Shown one piece after another: positions 26,915-41,209 of a stretch of DNA of 64,000 nucleotides. Both the position numbers and the translations under genes were made by a program. Below the pieces are notes generated by a model. That model made no database searches. It was not told where the DNA came from and was given only the letters and a program-made list of their open reading frames with translations. The first letter of the stretch is position 1; every line of letters starts with the position of its first letter. The DNA lies in contig OZ024747.1 of assembly GCA_964016885.1 (NCBI GenBank), positions 7,936,001-8,000,000 of the forward strand, written 5' to 3'. This stretch comes from Eledone cirrhosa (Eukaryota).

Positions 26915-29900
26915 TTACACTCTATAAAGTATTAGTGTTAGTACTATGATAACATTCTCTCAGTAAAGTGGTAGTGCTGGTACCATAATACAATACACCC
27001 AGTACACTCTATAAAGTGGTAGTGCTGGTACCATAATAGAATACACCCAGTACACTCTATAAAGTGGTAGTGTTGGTACCATAATAGAATACACCCAGTA
27101 CACTCTATAAAGTGGTAGTGCTGGTACCATGATACAATACACCCAGTACACTCTATAAAGTGGTAGTGTTGGTAGCATAATACAATACACCCAGTACACT
27201 CTATAAAGTGGTAGTGCTGGTACCATGATACAATACACCCAGTACACTCTATAAAGTGGTAGTGTTGGTAGCATAATACAATACACCCAGTACACTCTAT
27301 AAAGTGGTAGTGCTGGTGTCATGATACAATACACCCAGTACACTCTATAAAGTGGTAGAGCTGGTACCATAATACAATACAACCAGTACACTCTATAAAG
27401 TGGTAGAGCTGGTACCATAATACAATACACCCAGTACACTCTATAAAGTGGTAGTGCTGGTGTCATAATACAATACACCCAGTACACTCTATAAAGTGGT
27501 AGTGCTGGTGTCATAATACAATACACCCAGTACACTCTATAAAGTGGTAGTGCTGGTGTCATAATACAATACACCCAGTACACTCTGTAAAGTGGTAGTG
27601 TTGGTACCATAATACAATACACCCAGTACACTCTATAAAGTGGTAGTGCTGGTACCATAATACAATACACCCAGTACACTCTATAAAGTGTTAGTGTTGG
27701 TGTCATAATACAATACACCCAGTACACTCTGTAAAGTGGTAGTGTTGGTACCATAATACAATACACCCGGTACACTCTATAAAGTGGTAGTGCTGGTACC
27801 ATAATACAATACACCCAGTACACTCTATAAAGTGGTAGTGCTGGTGTCATAATACAATACACCCAGTACACTCTATAAAGTTGTAGTGTTGGTGTCATGA
27901 TACAATACACCCAGTACACTCTGTAAAGTCGTAGTGTTGGTGTCATGATACAATACACCCAGTACACTCTATAAAGTCGTAGTGTTGGTGTCATGATACA
28001 ATACACCCAGTACACTCTATAAAGTTGTAGTGTTGGTGTCATGATACAATACACCCAGTACACTCTATAAAGTGGTAGTGCTGGTGTCATAATACAATAC
28101 ACCCAGTACACTCTATAAAGTGGTAGTGTTGGTGTCATGATACAATACACCCAGTACACTCTATAAAGTGGTAGTGCTGGTGTCATAATACAATACACCC
28201 AGTACACTCTATAAAGTTGTAGTGTTGGTGTCATAATACAATACACCCAGTACACTCTATAAAGTGGTAGTGTTGGTGTCATGATACAATACACCCAGTA
28301 CACTCTATAAAGTGGTAGTGCTGGTGTCATAATACAATACACCCAGTACACTCTATAAAGTTGTAGTGTTGGTGTCATGATACAATACACCCAGTACACT
28401 CTATAAAGTGGTAGTGCTGGTACCATGATACAATACACCCAGTACACTCTATAAAGTGGTAGTGCTGGTACCATAATACAATACACCCAGTACACTCTAT
28501 AAAGTGGTAGTGTTGGTGTCATGATACAATACACCCAGTACACTCTATAAAGTGGTAGAGCTGGTACCATAATACAATACACCCAGTACACTCTATAAAG
28601 TGGTAGAGCTGGTACCATAATACAATACACCCAGTACACTCTATAAAGTGGTAGTGCTGGTACCATAATACAATACACCCAGTACACTCTATAAAGTGGT
28701 AGTGCTGGTACCATAATACAATACACCCAGTACACTCTATAAAGTGGTAGTGTTGGTACCATAATACAATACACCCAGTACACTCTATAAAGTGGTAGAG
28801 CTGGTACCATAATACAATACACCCAGTACACTCTATAAAGTGGTAGAGCTGGTACCATAATACAATACACCCAGTACACTCTATAAAGTGGTAGTGCTGG
28901 TACCATGATACAATACAGCCAGTACACTCTATAAAGTGGTAGAGCTGGTACCATAATACAATACACCCAGTACACTCTATAAAGTGGTAGTGCTGGTACC
29001 ATAATACAATACACCCAGTACACTCTATAAAGTGGTAGTGCTGGTACCATAATACAATACACCCAGTACACTCTATAAAGTGGTAGTGCTGGTACCATAA
29101 TACAATACACCCAGTACACTCTATAAAGTGGTAGTGCTGGTACCATGATACAATACACCCAGTACACTCTATAAAGTGGTAGTGCTGGTACCATAATACA
29201 ATACACCCAGTACACTCTATAAAGTGGTAGTGCTGGTACCATAATACAATACACCCAGTACACTCTATAAAGTGGTAGTGCTGGTACCATAATACAATAC
29301 ACCCAGTACACTCTATAAAGTGGTAGAGCTGGTACCATAATACAATACACCCAGTACACTCTATAAAGTGGTAGTGCTGGTACCATAATACAATACACCC
29401 AGTACACTCTATAAAGTGGTAGTGCTGGTACCATAATACAATACACCCAGTACACTCTATAAAGTGGTAGTGTTGGTACCATAATACAATACACCCAGTA
29501 CACTCTATAAAGTGGTAGTGTTGGTACCATAATACAATACACCCAGTACACTCTATAAAGTGGTAGAGCTGGTACCATAATACAATACACCCAGTACACT
29601 CTATAAAGTGGTAGTGCTGGTGCCATGATACAATACAGTCAGTACACTCTATAAAGTGGTAGTGCTGGTACCATAATACAATACACCCAGTACACTCTAT
29701 AAAGTGGTAGTGCTGGTACCATAATACAATACAACCAGTACACTCTATAAAGTGGTAGTGCTGGTGTCATGATACAATACAGCCAGTACATTCTATAAAG
29801 TGGTAGTGCTGGTACCATAATACAATACAACCAGTACACTCTATAAAATGGTAGTGCTGGTGTCATGATACAATACAACCAGTACACTCTATAAAGTGGT

Positions 29901-30800
29901 AGTGCTGGTACCATAATACAATACAACCAGTACACTCTATAAAGTGGTAGTGCTGGTGTCATAATACAATACACCCAGTACACTCTATAAAGTGGTAGTG
30001 CTGGTACCATAATACAATACACCCAGTACACTCTATAAAGTGGTAGTGTTGGTACCATAATACAATACACCCAGTACACTCTATAAAGTGGTAGTGCTGG
30101 TGTCATGATACAATACACCCAGTACACTCTATAAAGTGGTAGTGTTGGTACCATAATACAATACACCCAGTACACTCTATAAAGTGGTAGAGCTGGTGTC
30201 ATGATACAATACACCCGGTACACTCTATAAAGTGGTAGTGCTGGTGTCATGATACAATACACCCAGTACACTCTATAAAGTGGTAGTGCTGGTGTCATGA
30301 TACAATACACCCGGTACACTCTATAAAGTGGTAGTGCTGGTGTCATGATACAATACACCCGGTACACTCTATAAAGTGGTAGTGCTGGTGTCATAATACA
30401 ATACACCCAGTACACTCTATAAAGTGGTAGTGCTGGTACCATGATACAATACAGCCAGTACACTCTATAAAGTGGTAGTGCTGGTACCATGATACAATAC
30501 AGCCAGTACACTCTATAAAGTGGTAGTGCTGGTACCATAATACAATACACCCAGTACACTCTATAAAGTGGTAGTGCTGGTACCATAATACAATACACCC
30601 AGTACACTCTATAAAGTGGTAGTGCTGGTACCATAATACAATACACCCAGTACACTCTATAAAGTGGTAGTGCTGGTGCCATGATACAATACAGCCAGTA
30701 CACACTATAAAGTACTATGATAATATGCATTCAGGACACTTTATCAAGTGTTAGTGTTAGTGCCACAATATAATACACACAGGACACTCTATAAAGTGGT
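26915..30800. repeat. 48-bp minisatellite, about 80 copies
   Basis: Unit ctataaagtggtagtgctggtaccataatacaatacacccagtacact, with degenerate edge copies. Confidence 0.97.
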
Positions 30801-31132
30801 TTATCCTATGCAGACAATTACTTTATCAAAATGGAAATGTCCCAGTTTGTATATATGTTCACATATATAAGGTACTATTCGCCATACATGGTGTACCACT
30901 CCTGGACTCCAAAAATTTAATATGTTCAATGGTGTCGCCATCTTTGTTGATAGCATGGCTTCACTGGTATGCATATATACTTACTAACACATACAAACAC
31001 GAAACAGATAAAACCACCAAGAGAGACATGTAATGATATTCCCAAGCAAACAAACTTTATTGTACTACATACAGTTACAAACACTCACATACATATTTAT
31101 GTGTATATTAACTTATACATGCATACACATTG

Positions 31133-31163
<31 letters not shown>

Positions 31164-31166
31164 CAG

Positions 31167-31209
<43 letters not shown>

Positions 31210-31237
31210 TATATTTAGTCTTCAACTTTATTATTAT

Positions 31238-31271
<34 letters not shown>

Positions 31272-31411
31272 TTATGCATATATGTATCTATACATACATA
31301 TATACATGTACATTAGCGTCATGATTATTCATCATATATATATATGTTATGTATAATATATATATCATCATCATAATCATATATATATATATCATCAACA
31401 TCATCATCATT

Positions 31412-31473
<62 letters not shown>

Positions 31474-31663
31474 CACACATTTATTGAAAAATAACTTTAT
31501 AATAATAAATTGCCAAAAAATGTTCTGCATGTCCGCAGGGCTTTCGAGCAAATCACGAATGTCAGATGTATTTTCACTGCCAACAGTGAGCTTACTGAGA
31601 ATGGCTCAGCAAAAAATATATAATTAATATACAGACATGTATGTAAGTATGTATGTATACATA

Positions 31664-31724
<61 letters not shown>

Positions 31725-31759
31725 GTATGTATATATATATATATATATATATATAAATG

Positions 31760-31838
<79 letters not shown>

Positions 31839-31952
31839 ATATATATATATGTATGTATAATATAATATAGGTCTTTGGTGTATTTCCTCATTTGAACTTC
31901 GTACATGTATTCACACGTATATAAACTTGATAAACTGTTATAAATAAATATA

Positions 31953-31996
<44 letters not shown>

Positions 31997-32380
31997 GTGT
32001 TTGTGTATATTGTTTATATATATAAGTATTGTTTATATATATATGTATATATACACACACAAATATAACACACACACACACAAATATAACATACACACAA
32101 ATATACCATATATATATATATATATATACACACAATAAGTTTCCTGAGCAAGGTATGAATTGTATTAATATACTAGAGATTGATGTGCACTGTAGGGGGT
32201 TAACTTTAGACATGAACAGAATATTACAAACTGAAACACACACACACATATATATATATATATACACATACACATACATATACATACATATACACATATA
32301 TATATATGTATGTATGTATACATATATATATATTTATTATTATTACTATATATATATTACTGCTATATATATATTATTAC

Positions 32381-32440
<60 letters not shown>

Positions 32441-32586
32441 TATATACATATATATATATACATACATACATACATATATATATATACATACTATTTTCTA
32501 TACCTTTCATTTATATATATATACATATATATATAATCACATATATATATATATATACACACATACACATACATATACATACATAT

Positions 32587-32635
<49 letters not shown>

Positions 32636-32720
32636 CATATATATATGTATATATATAATGGGATAATATTTTCTCTATACCCAACAGGATTATATATATA
32701 TGCGTGTGTGTATATGTATA

Positions 32721-32764
<44 letters not shown>

Positions 32765-33372
32765 CATACATATACATATACGCACACACACATATATATA
32801 TAATCCTGTTGGGCTGTTGGGTATAGAGAAAATATTATCCCATTGAAAGAATAATGAAGTGCATAATTTTTTACATACAAATCTACATGCATGCATGATA
32901 TACATACATGCATGCATAGATACACACATACGTAGATATGTACATACATACATGCATAAATACATATGTAAATACATACGTATGAATACATACATATATA
33001 GATACACACATATGTGCATAGATACATGGATACAAACATATGTACCGAGCTACATACGTACATACATACACAAATACATAGGTAAATATATCAGTACACA
33101 CATACATACACAGATTCATAAATACATACATAGATACGTACATACCAATGTATAACTGAACTTGGATTTGCGGCCAAAGTGCGCAACTCCCTAATTCATA
33201 GTCTACAAATGGCTGCGATAGCTGGCACCTTTAACATTTGAAAAACATTCTTGCGATTCAAGGGATGACAATTTCTTTTCTTTTACAACCTTGCCACCAG
33301 GAAGGTGGCCGGTTAAAAATATACTCGAAATTAAGAGAAAGACAGAACATACATACATACATAGATACATAA

Positions 33373-33960
33373 ATGGTGGCTGCCAACTCGTTTTCGAGTA
33401 CGGCCACTACTTTATATCCATGTAGGAGAACCCCTACCGATGCGCTGAACGAGTGTGACTTTTTAGTCCAGCCAGCAACTGGGACAGGTTGTACTGGGAT
33501 ACATGTTACCAGTAGCACCAACTGGTGACCTGACATAAATACATACATAAATACATACATAAATACATACATAAATACATACATAAATACATACATAAAT
33601 ACATACATAGATACGTACATACATACATACATACATGGTGGCTGCCAACTCGTTTTCGAGTACGGCCACTACTTTATATCCATGTAGGAGAACTCCTACC
33701 GATGTGCTGAACGAGAGTGACTTTTTAGTCAAGCCAGTGACTTGAAAACTCTGGTACAAACACTACACTTGTGACAATTACTGACACATAGTGCTGGGCC
33801 CATGGTACCATATGATGACAAGTGCAGAGAGATCTCCAGATACAAAGCAATGCCTGTGCTGTGAAGCTTTTATAGTGAGCAAAGGCACTGCACAAAGCCA
33901 GTCCCACTCTCTTAACCAAGATGATATTTACCAAAAAGAAGAACAAGTCAACATCATTGG
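33373..33960 (-). mobile_element. Two tandem 3' ends of a LINE-like repeat with (ATGT)n tails, possibly RTE-X
   Basis: A block of about 95 bp (atggtggctgccaactcgttttcgagtacggcc...tttttagtc) is duplicated at 33373 and 33635, each adjoining (CATA)n. Clade is inferred from degenerate coding remnants. Confidence 0.5.
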
Positions 33961-34029
33961 ATACCATCAGGGCTGCAGGTGTTATAGCAGAGTTTTCCTT
34001 CTTCTAGAATTCTGCCTTGACAAAGGCTA

Positions 34030-34172
34030 AGGGGTCATCTCTCCCGGTGATTTGGGATGGCCATTGACTCTTAAGAGCTCCTTTGCCCTTTGACAGGTTT
34101 TGTTTTTAGTCACCCTCCTCACCAAGAAACCTTGGTGGGGTTGCCAGTTTAGTCGCCAACGACCCGGCCATA
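34030..34172 (-). mobile_element. Repeat related to 20540-20680 (probable LINE 5' region)
   Basis: Direct similarity between the two loci. Confidence 0.45.
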
Positions 34173-34624
34173 CATACATACATAGATACATACATACGTT
34201 GACCTCTTTCATTTCTGCCAATGAGTGCTCGAATTGATTCAATCAATGGAACTGCCTGCTTGTTAAATTAATGTCTAAGTGGCTGAGCATTCCACAGACA
34301 CGTGCACTCGTAACGTACTTCACAGTGTGTAACAAAACTGGCTTCTTGAAGTACAGGAAAAAGTCACTTTTGCCATCTGAGTGGACTGGAGCAATGTCAA
34401 GTAAAGTGTTTTGTTCAAGGATACAATGTGCTGCCAAGCCCTGGAATCAAACTTATGATCTTACGATCATCAGTTGAACACCACACCCTTAACACACACT
34501 ACACACTAAAGCCCCCACATATATGCATGTGTGTATACATACATACCCATTTGTATGCTTACATGTATATGATTACATATATATATAATTATTACATTGA
34601 TAGAAGTATATCTGCATGTATGTC

Positions 34625-34665
<41 letters not shown>

Positions 34666-34681
34666 TTTTATATATATATGT

Positions 34682-34752
<71 letters not shown>

Positions 34753-34839
34753 CATATATCTATGTATTTATAGTATAACAAAATTTACAAACACCTACCC
34801 ACAAACATATATAGGCATATAAGATATATCTATCTATAA

Positions 34840-35015
34840 TGGTTGCTGATGTAGGCACAAGGTGAACAATTTTGGGGAGAGGAAAGTCAATTAAATTGAC
34901 CCTAGTGCATTACTGGTACTTTATTTTATCTACCTTGTAAGGATGAAAGGCAAAGCTAACTTCGGTGGGATTTGAACTCAGGATGTAAAAGATGTAACTA
35001 TATGCTATAAAGCAT
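34840..35015 (-). mobile_element. SINE family A (diverged)
   Basis: tactggtactttattttatc...aaggatgaaaggcaaag...ggatttgaactcag. Confidence 0.75.
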
Positions 35016-35210
35016 ATTATTTGATACTGTACTGATAAACATACACATATCTCACTATGAATGTTTAAAACCGTGGTCATGTCTCAGCTATCTCAGTAGG
35101 CATGCATGGACACCAGTCACATGTTTCTGGATTTTCATCTGTCAACCACACACTATATGCAAATGAGAATATCATCATTCATTATCATTTCCCTTTAGCA
35201 TTTCCCTTTA

Positions 35211-35398
35211 GGGCGGTGGATTGGCAGTATCGGTAGAGGGTCAGACGCCATGCTTTCCAGCATAGTTACGTCCCTTTACGATCTGAGTTCAAATCCTGCC
35301 GAGGTTGACTTTGCCTTTCATCCTTACGGGGTCGATAAAATAAAAGTACCAGTTATGCACTGGGTAATTGCTGACCTTGTGCCTAAAGTAGAAACAAT
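35211..35398 (+). mobile_element. SINE family A, full length
   Basis: GGCGGTGGATTGGCAGTATCGG head, B-box GAGTTCAAATCC, and TSD-like attatcatttccctttag on both flanks. Confidence 0.9.
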
Positions 35399-35725
35399 TA
35401 TCATTTCCCTTTAGCATCAATTCTTCCATGCTTCCATGGGTTAGACAGGTTTTTCCATGCTAGGAAGCAAGTCTTACCACGGTTGACCATGTTGCACCTT
35501 GTTCAAGCGAGGACTATAAATTTGGCTGGATATTTTACATATGTACATAGATAGTATTAACTCTAATATTCCATTGATATCTAGTCTTTGAACTGATTGA
35601 AAGTACTAATAGTCTGGGCTAACTAGTGTTCAATAAGGAATCTTAATTCTGTGACTATAGTAGTGAAATGAGATGACCATTTAAACAGAATAAATTATGT
35701 CAAATACACACACACATATATATGT

Positions 35726-35766
<41 letters not shown>

Positions 35767-36377
35767 TCTTATAGGGTAGAGGGAGCTCTTCAGTTGAGGA
35801 GGTGACCAACAAACTCCCAAGTGCAGGTGACATGAAAAATGCACCCAGTACACCCTGGAAAGTGGCTCATAATTGGAAGAACATCCAGCTGTAAAAACTT
35901 GCCAAACATAGGGCATAGAGGACTCTTTGGTTGTGACTAAGACATGACAACCCTCCCCTAATGCTGGTGTCACAATGAAACACACTCAGTGCACTTTGAA
36001 AAGTTTTGTATGTATACATGTGTGTATATATGTGTGCATGTATGTATGTATATATGTATGTTCTTCTGGTTTTATAATTTCACAAATTGCCAATAGAGAG
36101 AGAGTCGGTTTCTAACATAGACACAAGACTCTCTCATTAGAATTTACACAACATCAACTAGGTAGATATGTATGCATGTATACATGCGTAGATATGGATG
36201 TTATTGTATGTGTGGATGTGGATGTTTTGAGTTGTATGTGTGCATGTGTATATGCTTTGTATCTGTACATGTGTATATGCAGTTATTAGATGCAAATTTT
36301 TGGAGTGTTTTACATATTTTTACTGTTCCATTAATATGTATGTATGTGTGTATGTATGTATGTGTGTGTATTATGTC

Positions 36378-36408
<31 letters not shown>

Positions 36409-36419
36409 TTTTTTTTTAT

Positions 36420-36592
36420 TGATCGACTTTTGTCAAATCGGACCGAGGAAACAATGTTTCCGTTGGTCTTTCCAATTGCTAGTACTCTCTATCGGTCGCA
36501 ACTCCAGGTAGAAGGAGCAACGTGAAATAAAGTGTCTTGCCCAAGGACATAACGCATCGCCCGGTCCGGGAATCGAACTCACAACCTCACGC
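36420..36592 (-). mobile_element. CORE-like SINE, variant with an alternative tail
   Basis: B-box GAGTTCGATTCC and CTTGGGCAAGACACTTTATTTCACG. The tail ggaaagaccaacggaaacattgtttcctcggtc is shared with 39167-39325. Confidence 0.75.
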
Positions 36593-37380
36593 CTTCACGT
36601 GTGTATATATATATATATGTATATATGTCCAGTTGTAGAAAATGCAGTAGAATTTCGTTCTTTTGATATATCACCCAGAGGAATATGTCCCTCTACAGTA
36701 TACTCAGCAAAACATATTTAATGCCAATCACTCCCCACACCCACCAACACTGATGTCACCACCACCACCACCACCACCAATAACAACAACAACAACACCA
36801 ACACCAACACAACATCAACAACCATCTTACCACCACCACCACCACCACCAATAACAACAACAACAACACCAACACCACCACAACATCAACCACCACCACC
36901 ACCACCACCACCACCACCACCGCCACCACTACAGCCAACACCTCCCCACCACTACTATCTTACCACCACCACCACCACCACCACCACCACCACCACCACT
37001 ACAGCCAACACCTCCCCACCACTACTATCTTACCACCACCACCTTACCACCACCACCTTACTACCACCACCTTACCACCACCACCTTACCCCCCCCCCCC
37101 CCCAAAAAAAATAATACCAGAATACACCACAACTCTGCAGCCTATAGCTAAATAAATGATAAACCTGCAGAACAGCTCTGGGCAATACATAGATGAACAA
37201 TAAAAAAATACTTTCCCTAAACGAGGAATGGCTGAATAGTTAAGGAGTTGGTTTATCTGGCTTCAGGTTCTTTTATATTACATGGTACCTTGGGCAAGTG
37301 TCTCCTAATATCGCCTCACATTCGGTTGACTGATACTTTTTCAGTGAAATTTTAGTAGACAGAAACTGTCTACCAAATAT

Positions 37381-37422
<42 letters not shown>

Positions 37423-37876
37423 AAAGAATAGAAGTGTAACACACAAGTTATGATATATTGGTAAACGGAAAAGAAAATGCTGACAAATTGTTCACAGTGA
37501 AAAATAGTTTAATTAGGAATAAGTGAGAATTAGTAATAGTATTGGTTAGTATTCAGTTTTTGGTTTTAAGTTTTACCGGTTGCGCATTTCTAATGCTTTT
37601 CAAAAATAATTTTGAGATAGAGCGTCCGTGATGTTTGCTCTAATCTATATATATATCATCATCATCATCGTTTAATATCTATCTTCCATGCTAGCATGGG
37701 TTAGATGGGAATTGTCCCACTTGAGGCAAGATTGATCGGGTGACTGTGTTTCGTTCGTATAGGACTGTGTGTGTATATATATATCTAAACTATAATAAGG
37801 GAAGGTCTGCAGCACTGCATACGGTTTATTTTTTTTTATCCCATTAGTAAAATAAGTTGGATTACTTTGAATAAAT

Positions 37877-38064
37877 AATTGTTTCTACTTTTGGCACAAG
37901 GCCAGCAATTAACCAGTGTATTACTGGTACTTTATTTTATCGACCCCGTAAGGATGAAAGGCAATGTTAACCTCGGCGGGATTTGAACTCAGACTGGCAA
38001 GGGCCGTAACTCAATGCATTGAAGCATGGCGTCCGACCCTCTACCGATACTGCCAATCCACCGC
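37877..38064 (-). mobile_element. SINE family A, full length
   Basis: Same sequence as the other family A copies. Confidence 0.9.
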
Positions 38065-38204
38065 AGTAATCAATGAATATTACATAATTTATCTACTAAA
38101 TTTCGTAAACAAAAATAATTTCATAAAAATAAATAATTTAAAATTGACATCTTTTCAAAGTTACACTTCTGGTATATCGTTGCTACCACCACCACTTCAA
38201 CTAC

Positions 38205-38540
38205 CATATATATAGAAAGATAGAGTGTGTACTCTTTCGGTGGCGATCACTTAAATAAACATACTAATTTTCTGTCACTAATTTTCTCCTAATGCAGTTT
38301 ATATATAATATCGTCTTTTTTAATGTATCATGGATTACATTAGTGATTACATAAGACAGTGTAACAACGTCTTCGTTCAATTTCTGTTTATATTGTCAAT
38401 TACGATGTTATTTGATGTATCATATCTACATGTATATATACTTGCGTATAATATCAATATACACACTACACATGTATAATATCAATATACACACTACACA
38501 TGCTAGCAGAAAACCACCCGAAGGGTGGTTTTTCTGCTAG
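38205..38540 (+). mobile_element. Possible non-autonomous Helitron
   Basis: Ends in the hairpin AACCACCC-gaa-GGGTGGTT followed 6 nt later by CTAG|T. The 5' TC boundary is not clearly identifiable. Confidence 0.4.
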
Positions 38541-38639
38541 TATATTTAATATAGAAAAGGCTTCTACAGGACAAGAACTGTTTCATTTGGGAGAAATCAT
38601 ATATATAGTGAAGGTACAAGCCGGAGTGGTGAGAGAATT

Positions 38640-39150
38640 CATCATCATCATCATCATCATCACCGTTTTACATCCGTTCTTCCACGCTAGCATGGGTTAG
38701 ACGGGTTGTCCTGTTGTGGGCAGTGTCTGGTCGGCTGACCATGCCTTGCTCATACAGGAACTGATCTGGCTTGATTTCTACAGCTGGATGCCCTTCCTAA
38801 CACCAGCCTCATTTACAGTGAGTGCTGGGTGCTTTTTCGTGGCGCCTACACGTCCACTTTACAGTGTGGGCTGGGTGCTTTTTTGCCGTGGCACCTCCAC
38901 GACCACCTTGCGGTGGGGGGGGGGGGGCATATTGTTTATATGCTTCAGCATGTACCCATGGGAGGTCGGGTACCCTGTATTACTGCGTGACGCCAGAAGT
39001 CACGGTCGTGTGTCATTGACTTTGAGAGGTGTAGTTGGGTAAGGTCGGCTTTTATCACCTCATCCCAAGTCATCTTGTGTCTCCCCACTCCGCGGTTTCC
39101 ATCAACTTCTTGTGCTCTGCACCTTTTTATGCAGCTGTTTTTTATGCAGC
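38640..39150 (-). mobile_element. RTE LINE 3' fragment with 3' UTR
   Basis: KNSCIKRCRAQEVDGNRGVGRHKMTWDEVIKADL...DRDFWR, followed by the shared GGTGTTAGGAAGGGCATCCAGCTG tail and (GAT)n. Confidence 0.8.
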
Positions 39151-39166
39151 TAAATTGGATTCGCAA

Positions 39167-39325
39167 TTGTGAGGTTGTGAGTTCGATTCCCAGACCGGGA
39201 GATGCGTTATGTCCTTGAGCAAGACACTTTATTTCACGTTGCGATCACTAGATAGTATTAGCATTTGGAAAGACCAATGGAAACATTGTTTCCTCGGTCT
39301 GGTTTGACAAAAGTCGATCGACTGT
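39167..39325 (+). mobile_element. CORE-like SINE variant
   Basis: Matches 36420-36592 in the opposite orientation. Confidence 0.75.
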
Positions 39326-39552
39326 CGACATACAGGGTATTCTAGAAAATATGCATAGACCATTCTAATAAATATCGCCTGCACAGATATAACAACACCG
39401 TACAATGAAGAAATATATTAGTTTTATGCTTGATATAGCAGGAAAATAGTCTTAACATTTCGGGCACTGGTCCTTCTTCAGAAAATAGAATAAGGAATTA
39501 AAGAAGAAAGAGAAAGATAGAGGAGAATGAGTAGAGGCAGAAACAATATACG

Positions 39553-39583
<31 letters not shown>

Positions 39584-39849
39584 ATAAAATACAATTGTCA
39601 TGTCATAACAAATTTGTGCTAGATTTGTTTGGCAATGGCCAGAATGACAAGGAGGAAAGTTAAGAAAAATTGAAGATTCAAGCATCTTTATTTAGAATTT
39701 TGTAATCAAGAAATTATAAAATTGAATATTTTGACTATAAACTTCATTATTTTTTAATGTTATTATGCTAGTATATATATGTAGCAGTGACATAATCACA
39801 GCTTAAAACACCCATGGTCATTAGTGGGCCTTACAATCTTAGGTATCTC

Positions 39850-40548
39850 TAAAATTGTCAAGAAGGCTAAGGGTGTCTTGGCATCACTCAGCAAGACTTT
39901 TGTTAGCCGCTCTCCAGCCATCTATTTAAAGCTGTATACAGCTATGGTATGACCACAGTTGTAATTTGCATCATCAGTCTGGAACTCCTATCTTGCTCAG
40001 AACATTGACCTCCTGGAAACTGTTCAGAGACGTGCAACCAAGCGCATACCCTCCATCAGACACCTACCATACTCTGAACGCCTTGCTTCCCTGGGCATGG
40101 ATTCATTGGGGCTCCGACGTCTGGCAATGGACTTAGTAAACACCCACAAAGTTATTAACCATCTTGCCAACAACAACCCTGAGTACTTTTTTGATCTCCA
40201 TGAGTCTAACACACATGGACATGCCTACAAAGTCAGAAAACAGCACAGCTCCTATGACTTTCTGAAACATTTTTTCACGCTCAGAGTTGCTGAAGCATGG
40301 AACAAACTGCCTGCGTCAATTGTTAGCTGCTGAGACACTGCATCCTTTAAGACACTCATGTTTCCTGAAATTCGCCCAAACTACACCTGATGTCCCCCTT
40401 CCATACACATGCACACATGTGTATATCATGACTCATGCACTGTTGATTTTCCTGACGTTTGTACATTACCCTATGTACTATACATACACTTTTGATGAGT
40501 TGTAGTGCACCTGAGCACTGTACACAATATTTTCCTTATTATTATTAT
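39850..40548 (+). mobile_element. CR1-clade LINE 3' fragment (decayed)
   Basis: LYTAMV*PQL*FASSVWN...LETVQRRATK...LPYSERL..L...RR...DL....K...FF..RV...WNKLP, plus 3' UTR and (TTA)n tail. Confidence 0.9.
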
Positions 40549-40637
40549 GTATGAACATAGATAGATAATAGAAAATAAATAAATAAATAAAATAAATAAA
40601 TAAATAAATAAATAATTATATATATATATATATATAA

Positions 40638-40697
<60 letters not shown>

Positions 40698-40728
40698 GTA
40701 TAATTATATACAGATATACGTAAAAAAC

Positions 40729-40983
40729 GAATGGTTACTCCTTCATTACATTTATTGGTTGGTGACGCGCGTTTCGCTATTGATCAGCTCAAGGTTCGAT
40801 CTGTATCGATCTAGTCTGACTCTGTAATCAATGATCAACCAATAAACATAATGAAGGAGTAACCATTCATCCTTGTTTTATTATACTACTCTGTCTAGCT
40901 CTACACCTCGACACAGAAGTGAGCCTAAACATCGAGTGCTCACCCGGGTGAACCTACAGTAACTCCAGGTTAGACTCCCTGGA
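40729..40983 (+). mobile_element. Foldback element with truncated hammerhead (Penelope-like terminus)
   Basis: Inverted repeat 40729-40761 / 40836-40868 plus tail. The minus strand reads CGAAAC-GCGC-GTC. Confidence 0.6.
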
Positions 40984-41172
40984 TATAAATATATAAATAT
41001 ATAAATATATAAATATATAATTCTGGACTAAAATCAGTCCAGAATTAGCCGTCGAAACGGCTTGAGCTCAGCCGTCGGGGTCCTACTCATTCCTATTACC
41101 CACTCTACTACCCTAAGTATTGAGTACTTTGGTGCGTTATGGTCCACCTGGTTCCTTACCACATTTCCTTCG

Positions 41173-41209
<37 letters not shown>

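Noticed and set aside
26960-30730. 888-aa and 363-aa ORFs, and a superficially CRISPR-like regular array
   Set aside because: Pure 48-bp tandem repeat with no unique spacers and no cas genes, in a eukaryotic context. The ORFs arise because the unit is a multiple of 3.
34030-34172. HDV-like ribozyme at a putative LINE 5' end
   Set aside because: The nested double pseudoknot could not be assembled by eye.
35211-35300. tRNA genes
   Set aside because: The A/B boxes belong to SINE heads, and no cloverleaf with an acceptor stem is present.
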